From a virus, in IMG/VR virus record IMGVR_UViG_3300020059_000002, positions 157 to 64,156 of that record: 64,000 nucleotides of DNA. One strand, 5' to 3'. The stretch's first letter is position 1; every line of letters starts with the position of its first letter. The notes below the pieces were generated by a model. The model was not told the origin of the DNA. It made no database searches and saw only the letters and a list, made by a program, of their open reading frames with translations. A program made the position numbers and the translations under genes. Positions 51,830-61,948 of this stretch are shown here, one piece after another.

Positions 51830-54037
51830 TCATTGCCGGTTTCCTACTATCTGGCGGTTGGCCGCTGCGCTCCCGATGGACCCCACGCCGGATCCTCCCA
51901 AATGGGCCAATTTCAGGCCCCATGCGGTCCAAACGGACGCGTCGATGCGGTCCGGTGACCAGTCCAGATCTTCATGCCAGGTCGTCATCTGATCTTCGAG
52001 ATCTGGGAAGACTCCGGCATGGTGCCACCTGCCCTGCGCAGTGAGCGCAGCCACGGGTTCAGCCCTGACTTTCTTGCCTCGCGTAGCGGTGATCTTCTTT
52101 ATGGGGATCGGGACACCAAGTAGCTCCGCTGCGCTGCGCACGGTGGAGATCACCATGTCCCCTCCGTAGTTCATCTCGCACAGGATCTCGTCCGCTTCCC
52201 AGTCGATGGCAGCCCGTACCGCGCGCTTCCCCCAGCCCTCGGGCTTCAGGTGGCACGTCCGGTCGTCCAGCACGAACCCGTGCGTCAGATCCTTGTTCGC
52301 CCCCGGGGTCCACAGCGTGGCGCGCCCGGACACGACGATCCCCTGTTCTCCTGCGCCGCCCGATGGGTCGATTCCCACAACGATCTTCTTCAGGTCAGGA
52401 ACCTCGTCCGGCAGGACCCGTGCAGCCTCGATCTGCTCCCTGGTCCACAGGGCGTTCTCATCCTGATCGATGATCCGGCCTTCAAGTTCCTGCGCGGCCA
52501 GAGTGGTTCCCGCGTAGGTCTCCAGGAGCGATTCAAGAAACTCTGGACTGATGTGCGGGTTGTCCCTGACAGTGGCGTGGGTGACCGCGATGTTCCGGGG
52601 GGTCTTCTGGGCGAACTTCTTGATCAACGCGCGCGGCCGAGGTGTGGTGGATCCGACCCATCTGGGATGAGGACCGGTACGGAGACCGAAGCGCAGCTGC
52701 GCGTAGGCCTGGTCCAGATATCGCCACGCAGCGAGTTCCTCACACCACGCGAAACAGTTTGATACCAGGACCCCATCAGCAACAAAGTCATGCTCTCCCG
52801 CTATCGTCAGATCCCATACCGGAACGGCGATGTTTCCATGCGAGATCGTCTCGACAACGTCGAGAGCAAGTGATGGCGATGGACCCTTGGGTACGTTCGA
52901 AATCGCCTCCGCACACGACGCATGTCCGCACACCGCGATACGGAGCATGCGCCTGCTGAAAAGCTCCCCAGCAACCTCGCGAGCAAAATCTCTGCGCCTT
53001 ATGTGTCCCCTTGAAAGGTTCTCCGCACTGCTTACAGGTACCTCTCCGACGACTACCGGGCTTGGATGCTCTGCCTCCCGCAGCATGCCACTCGCGAGAC
53101 TTAGGATGTTGTGACTGATGGTTCCCTGGTCCCCTCGGAGGACGGGCTTCCAGGTTCTCCGGATCATTGTTGTTCTTGTCTTCGTCCTTGTGGTGGACGT
53201 GCCATCCTTCCGGGATCTTTCCGTAATGCTGTTCGTAGATGACCCGATGAAGCAGGAGGGTGCGTGACTTCCCATCGATCTTGACCGATCGAGCCCTGTA
53301 CGGACCGAGTCGCTTCCAGCGGTAACCATTCCATTCCATGTGTTAAGGGTACCGCCCACAGAAAGCTGATCTGCCCTCGTCCATCCCTGTCCGACCACCC
53401 ATACTTCGTGATCAGCGGTAAGTCGGACAGTCTTCCCACCTTTGGTGGTAATGGTCATGACGGGTTTGACCGCGTGATTCCACTTACCGAGGACAGGGCG
53501 CAGTCCGTTCTCAGTCCACACAAGATCTTCAGTTGTCACCTGCTCAATCGGGACCTGTCCTCTGCTCGTGCTGATCAAAGTCCCGACTGGAAGCGAAGAG
53601 TTACCACCTGAACGCAAACGATCAGTGTCCTCCACGGAATGCGCACCGAACATCTTCGCTTCTGAGCCGTTCGGCCAGTGGACGACCGTGCCACCTGCCC
53701 GGTTCACCATGACCGCACGCGGATCGTGCGCACGGATCCCTGAAGGTCCCTCGTAGCAGGAACGCACTGCGTCACCGAGGGTCGGACCGATCACGGTCAT
53801 CCAGTGAGGGACGGGGCCTGGCATGCATGGTGGGCCATTTACGTGATTTACCATAGCATGTGCACATGCGTCCGTTTTGCCTGCTCCGCGACCGGCCAGC
53901 AAGATCCACCCGTACCAGTCCCCGGACGGAGGAACCTGGTGGGGAAGCGGAGACCATCCCTCTGCGGTGCGCCTGTCGAGCGCTGCAAGATCGCGCATGC
54001 GCTGCGCTGCCTTGGATGCCGTCGAGGGTGCTCTCAT
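51830..54037 (-). CDS. terL: Terminase large subunit, intein-containing
   Basis: Walker A GRGAGKT; Walker B WCEEL; VGSTTP; IVVGIDP; SPDRIDA. Confidence 0.93.
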   Translation of the reverse strand: MRAPSTASKAAQRMRDLAALDRRTAEGWSPLPHQVPPSGDWYGWILLAGRGAGKTDACAHAMVNHVNGPPCMPGPVPHWMTVIGPTLGDAVRSCYEGPSGIRAHDPRAVMVNRAGGTVVHWPNGSEAKMFGAHSVEDTDRLRSGGNSSLPVGTLISTSRGQVPIEQVTTEDLVWTENGLRPVLGKWNHAVKPVMTITTKGGKTVRLTADHEVWVVGQGWTRADQLSVGGTLNTWNGMVTAGSDSVRTGLDRSRSMGSHAPSCFIGSSTNSITERSRKDGTSTTRTKTRTTMIRRTWKPVLRGDQGTISHNILSLASGMLREAEHPSPVVVGEVPVSSAENLSRGHIRRRDFAREVAGELFSRRMLRIAVCGHASCAEAISNVPKGPSPSLALDVVETISHGNIAVPVWDLTIAGEHDFVADGVLVSNCFAWCEELAAWRYLDQAYAQLRFGLRTGPHPRWVGSTTPRPRALIKKFAQKTPRNIAVTHATVRDNPHISPEFLESLLETYAGTTLAAQELEGRIIDQDENALWTREQIEAARVLPDEVPDLKKIVVGIDPSGGAGEQGIVVSGRATLWTPGANKDLTHGFVLDDRTCHLKPEGWGKRAVRAAIDWEADEILCEMNYGGDMVISTVRSAAELLGVPIPIKKITATRGKKVRAEPVAALTAQGRWHHAGVFPDLEDQMTTWHEDLDWSPDRIDASVWTAWGLKLAHLGGSGVGSIGSAAANRQIVGNRQ
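52757..53596 (-). other. Intein (280 aa) in TerL
   Basis: Block A SLPVGTLI, block B TADHEV, block F VWDLTI..EHDFVADG, ends VSN before C+1; splicing would rejoin RSGGNS-CFAWCEEL. Confidence 0.88.
52788..53339 (-). CDS. HNH homing endonuclease nested out-of-frame in the intein
   Basis: LHRVIYEQHYGKIPEGWHVHHKDEDKNNNDPENL plus two CxxC...CSxxC zinc ribbons; same strand, different frame from TerL. Confidence 0.85.
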   Translation of the reverse strand: MEWNGYRWKRLGPYRARSVKIDGKSRTLLLHRVIYEQHYGKIPEGWHVHHKDEDKNNNDPENLEARPPRGPGNHQSQHPKSREWHAAGGRASKPGSRRRGTCKQCGEPFKGTHKAQRFCSRGCWGAFQQAHAPYRGVRTCVVCGGDFERTQGSIAITCSRRCRDDLAWKHRRSGMGSDDSGRA

Positions 54038-54099
54038 CCGCTCAGGCTAGATCAATGACGTACGGGTACATGACCGGGGAGCCCGGGAGGTGAATCACT

Positions 54100-54177
54100 G
54101 TGCGTCTTTTCCTGATCATCGTTGGGGCCATCGTCGTGGCTGCGGTCCTGCTGTCTGTCCCTGCTCTGGGGAAGTGA
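54100..54177 (+). CDS. 25-aa hydrophobic peptide antisense to the late arm
   Basis: GGAGGTGA SD before GTG; MRLFLIIVGAIVVAAVLLSVPALGK. Confidence 0.5.
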   Translation: MRLFLIIVGAIVVAAVLLSVPALGK

Positions 54178-54178
54178 G

Positions 54179-54253
54179 TCCGGTGAGCGGGAATCGAACC
54201 CGCGCTCTCTTGCTCCCGAAGCAAGTGCCTTGCGCTGACTTGGCCATCACCGG
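54179..54253 (-). tRNA. tRNA-Pro(CGG)
   Basis: CCGGTGA/TCACCGG; CTTGC-TTCGGGA-GCAAG; GCGGG-TTCGATT-CCCGC. Confidence 0.9.
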
Positions 54254-54263
54254 AAAACAATGA

Positions 54264-54300
54264 CCCCCGGCTCGGCGTCGAGGTGACGCCGAGCCGGGGG
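54264..54300. terminator. Long GC hairpin
   Basis: CCCCCGGCTCGGCGTC-GAGGT-GACGCCGAGCCGGGGG. Confidence 0.65.
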
Positions 54301-54715
54301 TTAGGTGGGTGGGAGGGTTCTACCTCCACCGGAGTGCAGCCCTTGAGCTACCAGTCCCTCCGGGTCAACCGTTCGCCTGCGAAGGCACAGATTCCAGAGC
54401 GCTACCTCTGTCCGAAGCAGGGGGATCACCGTTGGCCAGCCCCCGGCCGCGTTGTCTTCCGCCGGTCGCACGTTCGGGCTCCGTTCTGCATAGAGCCCTT
54501 CCGTCACGCCCCGAGCAGGTGCCCCCGCTCGTTGGATCCAGCTTGCATGATCGGACCGGTCTCGTCAACAGGGATTCCCTGCCCGCCCCGGCCGGAGCCT
54601 AGGTGACCGGGGCGGTGGCGGACTCGAACCGCCGGGGGTGTCCCTTGCACACTCGGTGCACGCCGGGTTTTCGACGGAAGAGGCCAGGCCGCAACCGCCG
54701 GGCCCCGGCGTGCTG
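54301..54715 (-). ncRNA. Candidate structured RNA containing a T-arm
   Basis: GGCGG-TTCGAGT-CCGCC (54617-54633) followed by CCGCCCCGG/CCGGGGCGG helix; several other hairpins; no credible ORF. Confidence 0.4.
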
Positions 54716-55876
<1,161 letters not shown>

Positions 55877-55946
55877 TCAAGGTGGTGGTCGACGTTCCCC
55901 CGACTCGCGGGAGTCTAGACCACGTAAAGAGAATGTCTCAGGCTCG

Positions 55947-56192
55947 TTACGAACGGTTCGGATCTTCGTAGTACAGCGGGTCAATGTCTGGCCATACGTC
56001 GCCAGGCCGGGAGATCACGGAAGCGGGGCAGTAGTCGCACTCGATCCGGAACCCTTCTGCGGTCCTGACGGCCGTCCGGTCGGGGTGCAGGCACACGCGC
56101 GTTCCTGATGTCCGGGAGCGGGAGGACAGTTCGGTGTTAGCCGCTGTCTCCCTGTCCTGACGCTGCTCCGGAGGGGCGACCGCGAGGTTCAC
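55947..56192 (-). CDS. Hypothetical protein
   Basis: GTGA overlap; C-terminal Cys/His motif. Confidence 0.55.
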   Translation of the reverse strand: MNLAVAPPEQRQDRETAANTELSSRSRTSGTRVCLHPDRTAVRTAEGFRIECDYCPASVISRPGDVWPDIDPLYYEDPNRS

Positions 56193-56464
56193 TTGGACGT
56201 GCTCTTCCTGGACGCCGCCTTCTTCTCCGGAGCAGGGAAGGCGTATCCGCAGTGCGTGCAGAGATCTCCGTCACGGTCTTCATCACGGTGTGCACAGTCC
56301 AGGAGACGGAACCTGCGGAACCCGTCGAACCACACACCGCCGATGACCTCAGCGACTGACGGGTCCGGGGGCGAGATCTCTTCCCAGACGAACCGGGAGT
56401 CCTGGGTGGCGGATTCGAAGTAAACGCCGTCCCGGAGTGCTTCAAGATCTGCGTAGTTGGTCAT
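56189..56464 (-). CDS. Hypothetical protein
   Basis: ATGA overlap; CAH...CTHCG. Confidence 0.65.
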   Translation of the reverse strand: MTNYADLEALRDGVYFESATQDSRFVWEEISPPDPSVAEVIGGVWFDGFRRFRLLDCAHRDEDRDGDLCTHCGYAFPAPEKKAASRKSTSK

Positions 56465-56973
56465 GACTGTCCTTCCGGTTCACGGGAGCAGCGTCCCGGG
56501 TCATTGTGGCAGCTTCCGTCTCCGCACCAGATTCCGCACTCGGTGACGTACCCGCACGGACACGGAGACGAGCTGTGCTCGATGCAAGTGGTCCCATCCG
56601 CGTTCGTCATGAACTCCGGGCGCCTCGCGCCAGCCCTGAGGATGACTTCTTCCAGATTCGCCATCTGCTGGGATTCGTCCATGTCGAGTTCGCGTTCCAG
56701 GGTCTCCGTCACGTACGGATCCGCCTTGCCGATGATCAGTCCTTCTATGACCTGAAACGCGAGGATCACAGGCCAGAACGCGAACATCCCGTACGCCTCA
56801 CCGAGAGCGCTGCGGCGCTTGTCCCCGGGCGTCATCTGCATGGTCCCGTACACCTGGCTGCCTGTCCTGCCTGCCAGTTCCGCGTACGTCTTCCGGTACG
56901 TCTTCCGGGCGAAACGGAAGCACAGGGACAGGTAGGCGAAGCAGAGTACCGAGACCAGAAGGCCAGTGATCAT
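56461..56973 (-). CDS. Membrane protein with Cys-rich C-terminus
   Basis: ATGA overlaps on both sides. Confidence 0.65.
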   Translation of the reverse strand: MITGLLVSVLCFAYLSLCFRFARKTYRKTYAELAGRTGSQVYGTMQMTPGDKRRSALGEAYGMFAFWPVILAFQVIEGLIIGKADPYVTETLERELDMDESQQMANLEEVILRAGARRPEFMTNADGTTCIEHSSSPCPCGYVTECGIWCGDGSCHNDPGRCSREPEGQS

Positions 56974-57191
56974 TGAGGCGCTCCTTCCGGGACATACCTG
57001 ACCGCGTCCGCACCGGAGTTCATCTCTACCGAGAGCATCCCTACCGCACGGAGGTGCTCCCGGTAGACAGTCAGAAGATCCTGGACTTCACCGACGTCGT
57101 ACCCGCAAATCTCCAGATCTCCGCTCGCATCGAACCTGACTGATCTTTCAGGTCCGAACGGATCCCGCAGTGACTCGCTCTGGTCATTCAT
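56970..57191 (-). CDS. Hypothetical protein
   Basis: ATGA overlap. Confidence 0.6.
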   Translation of the reverse strand: MNDQSESLRDPFGPERSVRFDASGDLEICGYDVGEVQDLLTVYREHLRAVGMLSVEMNSGADAVRYVPEGAPQ

Positions 57192-57703
57192 GAGTAGTCC
57201 ATCTTCTGGTACAGGTTCTCAAGATCCATAGGTGTGATGTCTCCCGGCCACCGACCGTCGTCGAACAGGTGCCATCCTCCGTTGTCAGCGGCAGCGTCTG
57301 CCAGCTGAGAACAGATCTGGTGCTTGCTGGTCCTGATGTACGAACGGAGATGAGGAGCAGGGATGTGCAGCCGGTGCGCAGCGAGGCTGAAGTAGTCCGC
57401 CATGGAGTAAGGAACCCCCGTGTACCCGACCGCACACGTGGCCACTGCTTCCCTGTACTTCTCGGGACACCTCAGGTAGTGCACGTCCGTGTGCCAGTTC
57501 TTCACGTGGCGCGCCCCGCCCGGCATCGCTTCCACGATCCACGGAGTCTTGGGCAGTCCCTGCCTGTACCCGGTCACGACGAACGCGTGCTGGACCTTCC
57601 CGAACCCGTCCCCGAGCATCCACTGTCCGACACGGACCATCCTGCCAACGTGCCCTGAGATCGTCGTAAGGCCGATATCCCCGGGCTCTGGCCTGTAGGT
57701 CAT
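57188..57703 (-). CDS. Permuted papain-like NlpC/P60 (YiiX/YaeF-like) protein
   Basis: PGDI, QHAFVV, IVEA, GVPYS, ICSQL (His precedes Cys). Confidence 0.7.
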   Translation of the reverse strand: MTYRPEPGDIGLTTISGHVGRMVRVGQWMLGDGFGKVQHAFVVTGYRQGLPKTPWIVEAMPGGARHVKNWHTDVHYLRCPEKYREAVATCAVGYTGVPYSMADYFSLAAHRLHIPAPHLRSYIRTSKHQICSQLADAAADNGGWHLFDDGRWPGDITPMDLENLYQKMDYS

Positions 57704-58014
57704 CTGGTCTTTTTCCTTTCGAAGGAAGGGTTCTTGGTCACGGTTCCGATGACCCGGTTGCGCCCTGTGTACTTCAGCTCCCACTCGGACGTGAAGAGAA
57801 CGTGCCCGCACGGGATCAGCCTCATGGCGGTCACCTGAGGGCCGGGAGTCATCGTCACTCCGGGAGCCAGTGTCTCCGTTTCCGGCTCACTGATGATCCA
57901 GTCCAGTCCGCTCAGGAGAACGTTGCACTGAGGGCAGCGCATGTCCTGGTCGTGGCTGAACTTCCAGTCCGGTTCGTCTGCAGGATCCCCAGAGAGGGAC
58001 GGGTAGCCGCTCAC
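57700..58014 (-). CDS. Hypothetical zinc-finger protein
   Basis: CPQCN...IPCGHV; GTGA overlap. Confidence 0.55.
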   Translation of the reverse strand: MSGYPSLSGDPADEPDWKFSHDQDMRCPQCNVLLSGLDWIISEPETETLAPGVTMTPGPQVTAMRLIPCGHVLFTSEWELKYTGRNRVIGTVTKNPSFERKKTR

Positions 58015-58328
58015 AGTGTGAGTCCTGGAATCAGGCCCTGAACGTGAGCGATCATGAACGCTTGATCGGCGAGCTTCAGGCAACGAGGGGGAAGGGGAGA
58101 GGTGAACCTGCCTCTGATCGTCCCGTCGATCGCGGCGTGAACGTTCATATGGCAGTTCGGGCACAGGGTGATCATCGGAGTGTCGACCAGTACCCCGGCT
58201 TTTTCGAACCAGGACTTGGGGCAGATGTGATGGTCGTTGACCACTGCGCACTGATGACTCTTGTACAGGGTGCACTGCTGGAGAGTGATCCGGTTTTCTG
58301 AGATCACCAGTTCTGCGGGGATCTTCAT
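58011..58328 (-). CDS. HNH endonuclease-like protein
   Basis: DHHICPKS...LCPNCHMNVH. Confidence 0.75.
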   Translation of the reverse strand: MKIPAELVISENRITLQQCTLYKSHQCAVVNDHHICPKSWFEKAGVLVDTPMITLCPNCHMNVHAAIDGTIRGRFTSPLPPRCLKLADQAFMIAHVQGLIPGLTL

Positions 58329-58379
58329 TGCCTGTCTTTCGTCCGGTCGAATGCTAAGAGCAGCATACGCCGGGAGGAC

Positions 58380-58778
58380 TCAGCGCTCCCTGCGCCGCGT
58401 CACCAGGACCAGCACCGCGCCTGTTCCGGCGAGAACCATTCCGAGACCGATGCTGCGCAGCGGATGACGGGTGATCACATCAGATGGTCCGGTCTCCGAG
58501 AGCGTCCCGGACAGGGAAGGCAGAGGGTTGGAGTCCCCTTCTTCAAGGCCACGGAGATCAGCGTACAGGTCCGTCTTCACAGGGTCCCCGGGGTTGTGTT
58601 CGCAAGCGATGCCGTCCCCGTCCGTGTCCAGGTGCAGAGGGTCGTAGCCCTGGCTGATGATCACTGGACGGGCGAAGTTCACGCACTCTGCGGGATCCCC
58701 GTCCACGGCGACCGCGTGAGCGGAGGGGATCAGGAACGCGGCAGTCAGGGCCACTCCGGTGATGAACTGTCTGATCAT
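58380..58778 (-). CDS. Excalibur Ca-binding, sortase-anchored surface protein
   Basis: Signal peptide; YDPLHLDTDGDGIACE; LSETG + hydrophobic helix + RRRER. Confidence 0.78.
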   Translation of the reverse strand: MIRQFITGVALTAAFLIPSAHAVAVDGDPAECVNFARPVIISQGYDPLHLDTDGDGIACEHNPGDPVKTDLYADLRGLEEGDSNPLPSLSGTLSETGPSDVITRHPLRSIGLGMVLAGTGAVLVLVTRRRER

Positions 58779-58833
58779 GGCTGCTCCCGGTCTCTGTGAG
58801 CCCTATGACACGCGGGACGGCGTTCCGGTTGCA

Positions 58834-59028
58834 TCAGGCGCTCCGTGCCACCCATCCGTCATTGGTCGGAACAGCTTCCGAGAAGTCCTCCCGGTCGGCT
58901 GACCACACAGTGACTGCGTGGTCTCCGTCCTCATCGAGGATGATGATGAAGCCCTGGGTCTCCGCGTCGTTGAGCGCAGCCACGATCTTCTGCGTCGCAG
59001 CCATGAGTCTCGGGTCAGCCCGGTTCAT
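58834..59028 (-). CDS. Hypothetical protein
   Basis: 64 aa. Confidence 0.6.
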   Translation of the reverse strand: MNRADPRLMAATQKIVAALNDAETQGFIIILDEDGDHAVTVWSADREDFSEAVPTNDGWVARSA

Positions 59029-59602
59029 CGCTGATCACCTCCGCGTCCACCACGTCCAGCCTCGCGGCTGCCGCTTCCAGGGCAAGCATGCGCTGCGCGG
59101 GTTCCAGGGACAGGGCCTCAGCGGCTGCGAGAACGGCCTCAGCGACGAGGTTGGATTCCACGTCTCCGCGCGTCTCCAATGCGATTTCCAGTTTCTTGGA
59201 GGCTTCTGTGCCGTGCAGCTCGGACCACTGCTTCTCGATGCGCATCAGGGTGGCGAGAGCGGCCAGAGGAGGACCGCAGTCCTTGAGAGGTACTCCGTCG
59301 TCATCTGTGATGATCTTTCCGCCCTGGACCAGAGGATGATCCGCAGTCATGATCGAATACGCTTTCCTGCGCATCGCGTCATATCTCAGGTCCGACTGCT
59401 GGACCATTCCTTCAAGCTCTTTGTCCGTCTCGGTCCGCAGCTTCTTCAGGTACCTGTTCACGTCCGTACTGGCGTGAGTCCCGTTCGTGTACCCAACTGC
59501 CCTGGCTACTTCTTCCCAATCGAGACCGACCACAACGCGCAGGTGAGCAGCTTGCTTGCGCCGCTTCATCGTGCGCATCTCTTCGTCAGGACCTAGAGTC
59601 AT
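59015..59602 (-). CDS. Probable terminase small subunit (HTH)
   Basis: LDWEEVARAVGY HTH then helical region; adjacent to ParB-MTase. Confidence 0.6.
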   Translation of the reverse strand: MTLGPDEEMRTMKRRKQAAHLRVVVGLDWEEVARAVGYTNGTHASTDVNRYLKKLRTETDKELEGMVQQSDLRYDAMRRKAYSIMTADHPLVQGGKIITDDDGVPLKDCGPPLAALATLMRIEKQWSELHGTEASKKLEIALETRGDVESNLVAEAVLAAAEALSLEPAQRMLALEAAAARLDVVDAEVISDEPG

Positions 59603-61106
59603 GATCCGTCACATCCATAAAACCGTCAAAATCGTGAGGTGTTCCGTTCAGGACAGGAATGATGCCTGTAACCTGCTGAAACCGGAGAGCCGTGACATCA
59701 CAGTACCTGGGGCTGATCTCCATACCGTACGCAATACGGTTCTCCTGATCAGCAGCGAGCAGAGTAGATCCTGACCCCATGAACGGGTCGTACACAGTGT
59801 CTCCGGCATCTGTGTAAGCGAGCACGAAAAACCTGGGCAGTCCGACAGGGAATGCTGCTGTGTGGCCTGTGGCGGTGTGCGAGCCGCTGAACGTCGGCAG
59901 CCGGTTGCCCGGATAGGCGAGACCTGGACCGATGAACTCCCCCGGATCACTGTTCGTCCCCTGCACCGCATCCATGGGCCCAGGCGCGCCGTTCTTTCTC
60001 TTCTTTCTGGGGTACGCGTCTCCTGTGAAGTTGCCCTGTCCAGCAGACATCTTCGAGGGCCTGTCTGCCCCATCATCTGAGACAGGGACGCTGTCTGACG
60101 CATGCCTGACAGCGTCCGGACGGATCTTCCAGTCGTTGCGGGCGAACTGGTAGATCGGCTCAAACTGGTTTTTGAAACGCCGAGCCACGTTCTTCGGGAC
60201 CCCGTTGCGCTCCCATACGTATTCCGTGGCATAGTGCCACCCCCACTTGCGCACATGAGTGGTCACCAGGTCGAGAACGTACAGGTGCGTGTCCAGCCCT
60301 TCCGCAGACTCCTTGATATTGACGAACCATGACCCGTCTGCCGCCAGATGTTCCGCCACATTGGCTGCGACCGGGGCAAACCACTGCACGTACTCATCCG
60401 GCGGCACCGGGGTAAAGCCCGACATCTCGTCGTACTTGCGCTGCGACGCGTACGGGGGCGAGGTGAACGCCAGGTTCACCGTCGCCCCGGCAAGCAGCCT
60501 GGACACATCGTCGGGCTCCCTGCTGTCTCCGCACATGACCCTGTGATTTCCGAGAGTCCATACATCGCCGCGCTTAGTGGCAGGAACACTTGGGGGCAGC
60601 TGGAATGCTGGCGAATCCTCCAATTCTGCATACAGATCCGGCATCTCTTTCAGTTCTGGCGCTTCTTGATGGATGTAGAGCGGAAGATCTTCCAGGGCGT
60701 ATCCGGACCCTGAGAGATCGTCCAACTGCATGAGCAGTTCATTCAGGGCTTCATCGTCACGATGACTGAATTCAGGAATTCTGTTATCTGCAATGTTGAT
60801 CCTGGCGGCCGTCTGATCGTCGCACTCATAGATCTCACAGCGTGCCGTTGCGTCCCATCCTGCATCGCACATGGCGCACTCTTCATAGCCGCACTTGCCG
60901 TTGCCGTGCTCTGCCATGGCCAGCTTGGTGTGATTACCAGCGAGAACCGTGTACCGCTCCCCGTGCTTCCGGACGATCAGAGACCGGAACACACCGTTGG
61001 CGCGCAGAGACTCCAGGATCCTGGGGACGTCTCCCACGTTCGGGTTGCCTGGGAACGTCTCCAGCTGATCTACGGGGATCATCTCGTTACCGATGAACCT
61101 GATCAC
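59586..61106 (-). CDS. ParB-like N-domain + DNA methyltransferase (N4C/N6A type) fusion
   Basis: FPGNPNVGD...VLAGNHT (ParB-like); GDVWTLGNHRVMCGDS; FTSPPY; DPFMGSGSTL. Start set at GTG after GAGAGG. Confidence 0.85.
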   Translation of the reverse strand: MIRFIGNEMIPVDQLETFPGNPNVGDVPRILESLRANGVFRSLIVRKHGERYTVLAGNHTKLAMAEHGNGKCGYEECAMCDAGWDATARCEIYECDDQTAARINIADNRIPEFSHRDDEALNELLMQLDDLSGSGYALEDLPLYIHQEAPELKEMPDLYAELEDSPAFQLPPSVPATKRGDVWTLGNHRVMCGDSREPDDVSRLLAGATVNLAFTSPPYASQRKYDEMSGFTPVPPDEYVQWFAPVAANVAEHLAADGSWFVNIKESAEGLDTHLYVLDLVTTHVRKWGWHYATEYVWERNGVPKNVARRFKNQFEPIYQFARNDWKIRPDAVRHASDSVPVSDDGADRPSKMSAGQGNFTGDAYPRKKRKNGAPGPMDAVQGTNSDPGEFIGPGLAYPGNRLPTFSGSHTATGHTAAFPVGLPRFFVLAYTDAGDTVYDPFMGSGSTLLAADQENRIAYGMEISPRYCDVTALRFQQVTGIIPVLNGTPHDFDGFMDVTDHDSRS

Positions 61107-61242
61107 GTCATGACCTCTCTTTCGATGGATCACCTGGTGCTTCGTCTCCACCACCCGACCGAACATCCGACCAAGAACCCCCATCCGACGACAGCACCAA
61201 TGCGTGCTGCAATCTTCACTCCGCGACCCAATGCAAGTGCGC

Positions 61243-61491
61243 TCACGGAGTGCCGTCCTTGCACCGGTCGTGAGGAGCCCAGCCGATGGCCATCATGGAG
61301 CAGCATTGTTTGCAGTTCAGAACACCGAACGCGCGCTCCCACTGCTTCATCATGGTGCAGCAGTACTGGCACCGTCTGGGACGCATGCGGCGCTCCCACC
61401 ATCCGGATGCGTAAGCTTGCAGGGCGAGCGGCAGGACAGCACCGAGGATTGCTCCTGCTCCCGCCCACGCGAAGATCTCCCAGACACTCAT
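61243..61491 (-). CDS. Small membrane/Cys-rich protein
   Basis: ATGA overlap. Confidence 0.55.
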   Translation of the reverse strand: MSVWEIFAWAGAGAILGAVLPLALQAYASGWWERRMRPRRCQYCCTMMKQWERAFGVLNCKQCCSMMAIGWAPHDRCKDGTP

Positions 61492-61715
61492 GATCCCTCT
61501 TCCTCTTCTTCGAGATCCTCGATCTCCTGTTCCGTCCAGCAGGTACCGACCGGAGTCACGTCAGTGATTCCCGGGAACTTGTGCTGAAGAGCACTGATTC
61601 CCATCTCTTCCATTGCCTGGAGGGCTTCCGGGTACGTGTCCTGCCCAGCAGTCAGACTCAGGAAATGCTGCTTTCCGTTCCTGGTCCCTTCGAACACTCT
61701 CACCAGAATCTTCAT
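61488..61715 (-). CDS. Hypothetical protein
   Basis: GGAGG RBS. Confidence 0.65.
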   Translation of the reverse strand: MKILVRVFEGTRNGKQHFLSLTAGQDTYPEALQAMEEMGISALQHKFPGITDVTPVGTCWTEQEIEDLEEEEEGS

Positions 61716-61948
61716 GAGTCGTCCTCCTGGAGAACCGGAACAGGAGTGGTGTCGAACAGGAACCGGTACCCTGCCGCCCGGAGATCTTCGGGAATGAGCG
61801 TACGGGTCAGGGTCTCCGCGATGTCCTCAGCGCTCTGAACCAGTCTGTCGATCTCTGAAAGCCTGGCAGCGGCAAAATCCTGAGTCCCGGCATCTCCCTC
61901 GATGATGTCCTGGACCAGGCTGTACCTGGGGTCATGTTCGTTGATCAC
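61712..61948 (-). CDS. Hypothetical protein
   Basis: GTGA overlap. Confidence 0.6.
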   Translation of the reverse strand: MINEHDPRYSLVQDIIEGDAGTQDFAAARLSEIDRLVQSAEDIAETLTRTLIPEDLRAAGYRFLFDTTPVPVLQEDDS

